Assembly: GCA_038998335.1 (NCBI GenBank) | Contig: JAVZHQ010000001.1 | Span: 320,001-384,000, forward strand | DNA: 64,000 nt | Direction: 5' to 3' | DNA from: Candidatus Aenigmatarchaeota archaeon | GTDB lineage: Archaea > Aenigmatarchaeota > Aenigmatarchaeia > CG10238-14 > SCSR01 | Shown here: piece after piece, positions 56,540 through 64,000 of the stretch | How positions within the stretch are numbered: the stretch's first letter is position 1 | Layout of the letters: the number at the start of each line of letters is the position of its first letter | Program-made: the position numbers and the translations under genes | The notes under the pieces: generated by a model | Seen by the model: the letters and a program-made list of their open reading frames with translations, nothing else | Told to the model about the DNA's origin: nothing | Database searches by the model: none

Positions 56540-57313
56540 TTATCTTCTCCAGATTTTTTCTTTCAGACTTGCTACTATTTTTTTGAACAAAGAAGGATAG
56601 ATTTCAAATTCTTTACCCACAAGATGATGAGCAATTTGTATATATCTTAAAGCTGCTGGAGATTTTGCCTTAAATTTAAGCAAAGGAATGCCATAAGAAA
56701 CGCTATCAATAACGTTTTTATCGAAGGGAATTTCTCCTAGAATTGGTAAACCTAAAAGTTCTTCAACTTGCTCTCTTTTAAACTCATATCTTCCTAAGCC
56801 GACCATGTTTAAAACGAGCCAAAGTTTTTTCCCTCTTAAATCTATCATATCAATAGTTCTTTTAACATCCATCATGTTAGGAATTGTTGGAGTGGTAACG
56901 AATATTATTTCATCACAAGCTTCCATTCCACAAATTGCTTCTCTTCCTAAACCTGGGGCACAATCAACAAAAATAAAATCTATCATTGGTAAATCAAGTC
57001 TTTTTAAAGAATACTTTAAATCTTTCATATCAACTCCAATAATATCTGAAGGGTTAAGGGAAGCGGGAACAAACATTACTCCATTATAACTTGTAACAGC
57101 ATACCTTATATCTTCCCTTCCTCTTAAAATGTCGTTAATAGTTACAGAGTACTCTGGTAAACCTAAGTAATAGGAAAGATGCGGAGTAGTTAGGTTTGCG
57201 TCAACAACTATAACTCTATAGCCTATTTGATTTAAAGCTATAGCAAGGTTTGTAGCAAGTGTTGTTTTTCCCACGCCACCTTTTCCTGAAGCAATAGCTA
57301 TGGTTCTAACCAA
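56540..57313 (-). CDS. minD: MinD/ParA family ATPase
   Basis: SGKGGVGKTT, DAN, DCAPG and IPFD motifs. Confidence 0.85.
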   Translation of the reverse strand: MVRTIAIASGKGGVGKTTLATNLAIALNQIGYRVIVVDANLTTPHLSYYLGLPEYSVTINDILRGREDIRYAVTSYNGVMFVPASLNPSDIIGVDMKDLKYSLKRLDLPMIDFIFVDCAPGLGREAICGMEACDEIIFVTTPTIPNMMDVKRTIDMIDLRGKKLWLVLNMVGLGRYEFKREQVEELLGLPILGEIPFDKNVIDSVSYGIPLLKFKAKSPAALRYIQIAHHLVGKEFEIYPSLFKKIVASLKEKIWRR

Positions 57314-57401
57314 CTTCTCACTCTATATTAATTTTTCCTTTTAAATAAAAATCTTTGTGCTTAGATATAAAGATTTAAAGCTTTCTTTCTATAGGTTAAT
57401 C

Positions 57402-59066
57402 ATGAGAAATAAAACCTTGCTTATAGCTTTTGTAGCCTTGTTAATTTTACCTGAAATTGTTACAGCAGTTTGTGATTTAAGTTATCAAACTTATAGTTAC
57501 AAATCAGCTTTTTTCTACGTAAATAATGCGAAGAAAATAAGGATAACGGTTTATAACTCTATGAACGATTTGTACGCTAGATGCTTTACTGCTTGGATAA
57601 AAATTGATGGAAAATACATAAATTTAGATGGTTTACCTTATTCGCCGGAGAACTGGCAAGAAGCTTGGAAATCAACTGCTCCAAATTGTTATAATTGTGG
57701 CTACAGAATTGTTTCAGGTTATTCAGGTTATGCTGAGTATGATTTAGAGAAGTATGCTCCTTATGGTTATACAGGCGAAGTTGAGGTAAGGGTTAGTAGC
57801 TATTGCTATGAAATAGAAAGGGAAGACCCTTGTTTTTGCTGGGAAGCTAAAGTTGAGGTCATAGAGTATTATCAACCACAAACTTGCTACCTTGATATTT
57901 ACATTAAGGATACGAAAAAAAATCCTATTAACGCTTATGTTTATGTTGATGGAAAATACTTAGGTTATGGTTCTCATTTTTTAAAGGAAATTTCAACAGG
58001 AACGCATACAATTTCAGCAATCAAACCTGGTTATAGTTCTGTTAGCAAAACTGTAAGTTGTTCCTGTAGCGAGAGGAAAAAAGTAGAGATTTTGTTAGCT
58101 CCGGTTCAAGTTTGTGTTCCAGGAGAAATAAGAAATAGATATTGCGCATGCTCAACTCAAGTTGCTTATGAAAGATGTAAAAACGATGGAAGTGGGTTTG
58201 AAACAGTTATAGAGAATTGTGCTTCTGGATATACTTGTGAAGAAGGTTATTGTGTCAAAGCTTGTGAGGAAGGTTATACAACCGAATACAGATGCTTTGC
58301 AAACTGGGTTCAAAGAAAGTATGTTTTTTCTGATTGTTCAAGCAATTGGATTGATTGGGAATATTGTAGTTATGGTTGCTCGCAAGGAAGATGCTTAGCC
58401 AAACAACCTTGCAAAATAAGTGTAAGTGTGAGCAAACCTGAAAATGTTTTTGTTGGCGAAACCGTAAGAACTATTATCAGGTTGACAAATTCTGGGGATG
58501 AAGGATGCTATGTTAATTTAGACGCTTATGTTTGTAGTATAGATTATTGTTATTTGATGAGTTGTAACGATTATTCAACTGACCCTAGGGTTTATGTTCA
58601 GGGGAAAGGTGTTTATGTTTTAAACTGTAATGCAAACATAAGAGAAGAAGGAAGTTACAAGGTTAAGGTTTCTTATGCTTGGCTAAACCAAACTCAAACT
58701 GTTTATTCTGAGACATTTTTAGTCAAGAAAAGGGATGAACCAAAATGTACTGCTAGATTTTTGGAAGAATTCAAGTGTGAGGGAAATTGGAGAATGCAAC
58801 TTTATCAATATTCTGACTGCTCAGTAGGCTGGGGATATGTTAATTATTGTTCTTATGGGTGTAAAAATGGGGAATGCTTACCTGAGCCAAAAGAAAGCTT
58901 AGGTGAAGAAAAGGTTTCTTTTACTGGTTTAGCTTTTCTAGCTAATCAAAATCTTTTAATTTTGTTTGTTTTGATTTTGCTAGTGTTGATTGGCTTATTG
59001 GCTTGGATTTTGATGAAAAGAACGATGAGAAAAAGGAATAAACCAGAAGAATTTGGACAAAATTAA
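57402..59066 (+). CDS. Cys-rich cell-surface protein with PEGA-like domain and C-terminal TM
   Basis: Signal peptide; VYVDGKYLG..GTHTI..KPGY; repeated C-x-rich modules ending CSYGC..G.C; TM plus basic tail. Confidence 0.8.
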   Translation: MRNKTLLIAFVALLILPEIVTAVCDLSYQTYSYKSAFFYVNNAKKIRITVYNSMNDLYARCFTAWIKIDGKYINLDGLPYSPENWQEAWKSTAPNCYNCGYRIVSGYSGYAEYDLEKYAPYGYTGEVEVRVSSYCYEIEREDPCFCWEAKVEVIEYYQPQTCYLDIYIKDTKKNPINAYVYVDGKYLGYGSHFLKEISTGTHTISAIKPGYSSVSKTVSCSCSERKKVEILLAPVQVCVPGEIRNRYCACSTQVAYERCKNDGSGFETVIENCASGYTCEEGYCVKACEEGYTTEYRCFANWVQRKYVFSDCSSNWIDWEYCSYGCSQGRCLAKQPCKISVSVSKPENVFVGETVRTIIRLTNSGDEGCYVNLDAYVCSIDYCYLMSCNDYSTDPRVYVQGKGVYVLNCNANIREEGSYKVKVSYAWLNQTQTVYSETFLVKKRDEPKCTARFLEEFKCEGNWRMQLYQYSDCSVGWGYVNYCSYGCKNGECLPEPKESLGEEKVSFTGLAFLANQNLLILFVLILLVLIGLLAWILMKRTMRKRNKPEEFGQN

Positions 59067-59079
59067 AAAAATGAAAATT

Positions 59080-60318
59080 TTAGTTAAGTCTCAAGGCAGC
59101 CCTTATGTAAGCATGAGTTTGATGAATCTCTATTTTTCTATTTTTATAAGAGCCTGTGTTCAAAAGGTAAAATGTTACACCATAATCAAAAAGTTTTCTG
59201 AAAAATTTTTCTTGTCTTTCCAAATCCATTTCTAATTGATAAGGATCATAAAAGGGTTCGTTTCCGTATTGTCCCCATTTTTCTGGAGGTCCGCCACCAG
59301 GCATAATTTTGAACTTTCCTTCTTTCAAAATCTTAATCGCTTCTTCACACTCTATCTTTCTTATTATCGGGCTACTCTCGTCTCTTGTGAGAAGTAAAAC
59401 ATACTTAAGGTTCGTTTCATTAGCTACATTTTCTTTTCCTTTAAAAACCTCTTTTACATTTCCTTCATCATCAGCTATTAGCATAGTAAACCTTTCTCTT
59501 GGAAACATTACTCGCGAGTTTGCGTAAGACCAATAGCAACAATTAAAACCCTCATCAAAAACGCATTTCTTCCTTCCCTCCAAAACACTCCTATAACAAG
59601 AACCTATCTTGTTTATGTCATCGCTTTTTTGCCTGCAATTTTCCTTTTTTGTTACAACATTTTCTAACGGTAAACCTTCAAAAGATTTGATAAAAGTAGG
59701 ATGATTTTCTGCTATCTCTGTTCTCATGTAAAGCCAATTTTCTGGTTGCTCAGCTTTAACTCTATCCTTTTCGTCGAAAGAAACGAATAGATAATCGTCA
59801 CCGACAACTTTGCTGTTTCTAACATTATAAAGAAGCTCGTGAAATTGAGTAGTTTTCCCTGTGCCTGTTGGAGCGATAATTGCTACTCCAAATTCTTCGT
59901 TATTTCTTTTGATTGAAACGGAAGCAGCATGCATAGGATATTTTTCCTTTTCTTTCAGAATTTCTGTTGCTAGACCTAAAGCACTTTTTGATTTAGCAAG
60001 CCCGTAGTATTCTGTGTTAACTCCTAGGGCAATTTTTTTGTCAAGATTGTAGAATAAGCATGGCTCAAAACCTTCAACTCCTGTTATAATATAGACAAAA
60101 CCTTCAGCCTGATTAGAGTTTGAGACATACCAGTTTAACTGCCAAAAATCAAAAACGTGTTTTGAATTGGTGATTAACCTTATTTTTGCGTCGCATATGT
60201 TTGCTGTGTGGGAAAAAGGCAGATTTTTACCATATTTCCTGAGAATTTCGTCTATTTCTCCTTTATCCTTAAAAGCTTGTGGCCTTCTGTCCGGAAATGT
60301 AACGTAATTGTTGACCAT
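59080..60318 (-). CDS. PEP carboxykinase/HPr kinase-like P-loop protein
   Basis: PMHAA, APTGTGKTT, GDD and YLLNTG motifs. Confidence 0.7.
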   Translation of the reverse strand: MVNNYVTFPDRRPQAFKDKGEIDEILRKYGKNLPFSHTANICDAKIRLITNSKHVFDFWQLNWYVSNSNQAEGFVYIITGVEGFEPCLFYNLDKKIALGVNTEYYGLAKSKSALGLATEILKEKEKYPMHAASVSIKRNNEEFGVAIIAPTGTGKTTQFHELLYNVRNSKVVGDDYLFVSFDEKDRVKAEQPENWLYMRTEIAENHPTFIKSFEGLPLENVVTKKENCRQKSDDINKIGSCYRSVLEGRKKCVFDEGFNCCYWSYANSRVMFPRERFTMLIADDEGNVKEVFKGKENVANETNLKYVLLLTRDESSPIIRKIECEEAIKILKEGKFKIMPGGGPPEKWGQYGNEPFYDPYQLEMDLERQEKFFRKLFDYGVTFYLLNTGSYKNRKIEIHQTHAYIRAALRLN

Positions 60319-60451
60319 TTTACTATAATATGGAGTTTAAAATTTAAGAAGAATTGTAGGAAATTACTTAAACTTTTCTTAACAAGAAAATGTTTTATCC
60401 ATATTTTTGAAATAAATAATCTTTTATTTTTTACTTTTCTTAATTTAAACC

Positions 60452-61744
60452 ATGATATTGAGGGAAATAGAAGATATCATCAAAAAAGAAAAGAAAAAAG
60501 GAGAATTTGTTTATCCGTTTTACGAAAAATACTGTTTTTCGAACATTCCTTCAACGATTTTAGAGTTATATGGGATTAAGTCTAAAAGACCTGCTCTTCC
60601 TCTTCAAGTGTATAAAGATAAAGTTGAAACAAATGTAAATAAAATTGTATTTTTTCTGTTAGACGGTTTTGGGTATCACCAATGGACAAACTACTTTAAA
60701 GAACATAAATTTTTTGATAGAGTTACCAAAAGAGGTGTAGTTTTCCCTCTTACATCCATATTTCCTTCAACAACTGCTGCTGCTCTTACCACAATAAATA
60801 CAGGTTTAACATCTCAAGAGCATGCTTTGTTCGAATGGTTTCTTTATTTTAAAGAAATTGATATGATAATCAGTACGCTACAATTTACACCTTTAGGTAT
60901 CAAAAGTCAAGACAGGCTTTTAGAATTTGGAATAGATCCAAGAATTTTATTCAGAGGAAAGACTATTCATCAAACTCTCAAAAAAGCTGGCATTAAATCG
61001 TTTGCTTTTATTAATGAACAATATGCTTGGAGTGCATACTCTCAAGTAGTTCACAAAGGAAGCGTGAGAATACCTTTTATCAATTGTTCAGACCTTGTGG
61101 TTAGGTTAAGAAAACAGTTGGAAGCAGAAAGTGGTCCTGCGTATTTTTATGTGTATGTTGGAGATATAGATGCGTTAGAACATAAGTATGGCCCTCGTAC
61201 CGAAGAGTATCATGCAGAACTTTCGATGCTTTCCTTTTTACTTAAAAAAGAATTGCTTGAAAAAATAGATAGAAAAACCGCAAGGGAAACATTAATTTTA
61301 ATAACTTCTGATCATGGCCAATTGAACGTTTCACCAAAAGATACAGTTTATCTAAACAAATATCCTAAACTAGTAAATTCCTTTCAAAGAGGTAGGAAAA
61401 ACCAACCTATACTACCAACAGGCAGTCCACGCGATGTTTTTTTACATATTGAAGAAAGTAAGCTAGAAGAAACTTACAACTTTCTTTCAGAAAAGTTAAA
61501 AGAAAAAGCAAAAGTGATTAAGACAGAGGAAGCTATAAGAGAAGGTTTGTTCGGTATTGGCAAACCTAAGAAAGAATTTTATGAACGAGCAGGAAATTTG
61601 TTGATTCTTCCTTACAAGAATAACACATTTTGGTACGAATACCTTAAAGGATGGAAAATGGACCTTTTAGGTCATCATGGAGGATTAAGTGAAGACGAAA
61701 TGTTAATACCTTTTGCTATTTGTAGGCTGTATGATTTACTTTGA
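60452..61744 (+). CDS. alkaline phosphatase family (nucleotide pyrophosphatase-like) protein
   Basis: LLDGFG, FPSTTAAA, D..EH.YGP, TSDHG and GHHGG motifs. Confidence 0.9.
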   Translation: MILREIEDIIKKEKKKGEFVYPFYEKYCFSNIPSTILELYGIKSKRPALPLQVYKDKVETNVNKIVFFLLDGFGYHQWTNYFKEHKFFDRVTKRGVVFPLTSIFPSTTAAALTTINTGLTSQEHALFEWFLYFKEIDMIISTLQFTPLGIKSQDRLLEFGIDPRILFRGKTIHQTLKKAGIKSFAFINEQYAWSAYSQVVHKGSVRIPFINCSDLVVRLRKQLEAESGPAYFYVYVGDIDALEHKYGPRTEEYHAELSMLSFLLKKELLEKIDRKTARETLILITSDHGQLNVSPKDTVYLNKYPKLVNSFQRGRKNQPILPTGSPRDVFLHIEESKLEETYNFLSEKLKEKAKVIKTEEAIREGLFGIGKPKKEFYERAGNLLILPYKNNTFWYEYLKGWKMDLLGHHGGLSEDEMLIPFAICRLYDLL

Positions 61745-61789
61745 ATAAATTAAAATATTGGAAGAATTTGGACTTATAACTTAAATTTT

Positions 61790-62188
61790 CTACGTACGTT
61801 TAAGAGTAAAAATGTACTTCATCGGCATAAAAGCTTCCAAATCGCTTTGATAAGCACATTTCTTACATCTGTAGCCAATAACTATTTCTTTGTTCAACAA
61901 GTTTTTTACCCTAACTTCCTCTATTTCAGACTCGCAAATTGGACATTTATCAATTTTCTGCATTTTTATAGTTTTTTTAGTTTTTGCCTTAACCTCAACT
62001 TCAGGAATAAGCAGAGCTATTCTTTTCACTCTTGTAGGAGAAAGTGTATAATTTTTTTCCTCTTTCCTAAGCAACCTTAAAACAAGCCTTGCTAATTCTT
62101 CTTGGGACTCTACTTTAAGTCTTGACTTTAAAACTTGTAGAATTACTTCTTTAACCTTATCCTCTGGAGGGATTTTTCTATCGTCCAT
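61790..62188 (-). CDS. hypothetical protein with zinc ribbon
   Basis: CPIC...CKKC. Confidence 0.7.
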   Translation of the reverse strand: MDDRKIPPEDKVKEVILQVLKSRLKVESQEELARLVLRLLRKEEKNYTLSPTRVKRIALLIPEVEVKAKTKKTIKMQKIDKCPICESEIEEVRVKNLLNKEIVIGYRCKKCAYQSDLEAFMPMKYIFTLKRT

Positions 62189-62269
62189 CAGTTAAAATAA
62201 GGAAAAACTTAATTTAAATGTTTTTTCTAAGCGAAAAATTTTTAATTTTAAGATGATAAAAGAAGAAAA

Positions 62270-62485
62270 ATGTCACATCTATGTAGAATGGTAAAAAAAG
62301 AAGAAATTCCGTTGTGGAAGAGGATTTTGATTCGCCTACTCGGAAAATATCCAGCCTTTAGAACAGACCCTTATGGTTATGGAATTATCGAATACTTTTA
62401 CAGCTATTGTTCAAAACATGGTTACTACATAGACTATCTTCACGGATATTATGAAGATTTAAGATGCCCTGCTTGTGAAAAGTAA
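62270..62485 (+). CDS. small hypothetical zinc-binding protein
   Basis: CSKHG...CPAC. Confidence 0.55.
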   Translation: MSHLCRMVKKEEIPLWKRILIRLLGKYPAFRTDPYGYGIIEYFYSYCSKHGYYIDYLHGYYEDLRCPACEK

Positions 62486-62488
62486 ATC

Positions 62489-63643
62489 TTAACCTATTTC
62501 TTCAACCTCAGTTTTTTTCAAAACATTTCTGATTTCTTTTTCAAGCTTCAATTTTTCCTCAACTTTTTTTATAATTTCGAGCTTTGCCTTTGTTGTTGGA
62601 TGTTTAGGAACGAATAAAGTGCAACAATCTTCTTGTGGCTTGATGGAAATTTCGTAAGTTTTAATTTTTTTAGCAAGCTCGATTATTTCATTTTTGTCCA
62701 TTCCTACCAAAGGTCTTAGAATTGGTAAGCTTGTTGCTTCCTCTATTGCTAGTATATTATCCAAAGTTTGAGAAGAAACTTGAGCAAGGCTTTCTCCTGT
62801 AACTAAAGCTTTTGCATTTTCTTTTTTTGCTATTTCTTCGGCTATTTTTACCATAGCTCTTCTGTAAAGCACTATTCTGTACTTTGCTTGAGCAAGAGTT
62901 TTAATTTTCATTTGAACTTCTGAAAAGGGAATAAAGTATACTCTGCTCTTTCCTTGATATTCGCTTAAGAGTTTTACCAGTTCTCTTGTTTTTTCTATAC
63001 TTGCCTTAGAAACTAGAGGAAAGGAGTGAAAATGAACAAAAACAACTTTACATCCTCGCTTCATAGCTAGCCAGCTTGAGACAGGAGAATCTATTCCTCC
63101 TGAGATTAAAGATAAAACTTTTCCTGAGCTAGAAACAGGCATTCCTCCCAAGCCTTTAATCTTTTTAGTGTAAACATAAGTATCTTGGTCTCTAACTTCG
63201 ATGAAAATTTTGACTTGAGGTTTTGATAAGTTAACTTTCCTTTTGATAATTTTTCCAGCTTCTCTAGCCAATTCTTGGCTTGAATAATCATGCTTCCCTA
63301 TTCTTTTCACTTCTAAAGCAAAAGTTTTACCTGGTTTGATAAGTTTTGAGTAGTTCTTCCTTAAAAACTCTATTATTTCTTCTTTCTTGCTTGTTTTTAA
63401 ATGGAAGCAAGGAGAAAAAGAGACTACGCCAAAAACTTTTTTTAGAGCATCGCAAGTTTTTTTGATTTTTTCAGTTTTTATAAAAATTCTTCCTCTTGTC
63501 CTATAAATTTCAAACTCTATTCCAGCTTTTCTTAAGCTAGCTTTAATGTTTTCTATAAGCTTTTTTTCATAAATCCTTCTAACAATTTCTGATTTGAGAA
63601 AAATTTCACCATATCTTACAAGAATTTCTTCCTCTACTTGCAT
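62489..63643 (-). CDS. thiI: tRNA 4-thiouridine(8) synthase ThiI
   Basis: RYGEIFLK, THUMP domain, SGGIDS, GESLAQVSSQT and DCC motifs. Confidence 0.95.
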   Translation of the reverse strand: MQVEEEILVRYGEIFLKSEIVRRIYEKKLIENIKASLRKAGIEFEIYRTRGRIFIKTEKIKKTCDALKKVFGVVSFSPCFHLKTSKKEEIIEFLRKNYSKLIKPGKTFALEVKRIGKHDYSSQELAREAGKIIKRKVNLSKPQVKIFIEVRDQDTYVYTKKIKGLGGMPVSSSGKVLSLISGGIDSPVSSWLAMKRGCKVVFVHFHSFPLVSKASIEKTRELVKLLSEYQGKSRVYFIPFSEVQMKIKTLAQAKYRIVLYRRAMVKIAEEIAKKENAKALVTGESLAQVSSQTLDNILAIEEATSLPILRPLVGMDKNEIIELAKKIKTYEISIKPQEDCCTLFVPKHPTTKAKLEIIKKVEEKLKLEKEIRNVLKKTEVEEIG

Positions 63644-63697
63644 GTTATACTTTTAAAGGTAGAAAAATTTATTTCTAATTAGGAAATCGGAATTGAT

Positions 63698-63782
63698 GCC
63701 CAGGTCGCCTAATCTGGTAGGGCGCCAGCCTGGAGAGCTGGTGGGGCTTTGCCCCTTCTGGGTTCAAATCCCAGCCTGGGCG
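63698..63782 (+). tRNA. tRNA-Ser(GGA)
   Basis: Acceptor stem GCCCAGG/CCTGGGC with G73; CCAGC CT GGA GA GCTGG; long variable arm GGGGC TTT GCCCC; TTCAAAT T-loop. Confidence 0.95.
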
Positions 63783-63873
63783 TTTACTTTGTGAAGAAAT
63801 CCTAAAGGAAGAAAAAAAGTAGTTAATAGGTTGACCTGATAAAGATAAATATCAAAAACCTTAAAACTTTTAT

Positions 63874-64000
63874 GTGTTTTACCCTGGTATTGAAGATATA
63901 ATCGGGGAAAATGCCGAAAAAATGGAAAAAATAATTACAACATTTGTTAAGGTATCTCGAAAAAGAGGATTTAAACCATTTTATACTCCTGTTTTTGAAG
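63874..64000 (+). CDS. HisS/HisZ-like protein, N-terminal fragment (runs off window)
   Basis: Manual translation (V/M)FYPGIEDIIGENAEKMEKII...RGFKPFYTPVFE resembles the motif-1 region of HisRS. Confidence 0.55.
   Translation, partial: MFYPGIEDIIGENAEKMEKIITTFVKVSRKRGFKPFYTPVFE

Overview
AT-rich archaeal chromosomal window, most likely from a DPANN lineage (fused PriS-PriL primase; Aenigmarchaeota-like gene content; the taxonomy is an inference). From about 9.8 kb to the end it is mostly housekeeping and metabolic genes: apgM, eno, rtcA, TIP49/RuvBL with two Hsp20s, S27e/L44e/GINS/primase, L40e, TFS, PCNA, iscS/iscU, lutB-like and larBCE, cysS, an intein-containing class II RNR, minD, thiI, an intron-containing tRNA-Cys and tRNA-Ser. 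The first ~9.7 kb look like an accessory island. It encodes a 712-aa signal-peptide/3-TM protein with the architecture of an archaeal fusexin (Fsx1/HAP2-like class II fusogen), a secreted hydrophobic protein with an identical signal-peptide module followed by a small membrane protein, a HerA/VirB4-like ATPase, and a UPF0182-like membrane protein missed by the ORF track. It also carries two identical 98-bp GC-rich structured intercistronic elements. Other highlights are an RNR intein ending in Gly rather than Asn and a free-standing LAGLIDADG gene whose stop codon lies inside the tRNA-Cys gene. All family calls come from reading motifs by eye; no database searches were run.
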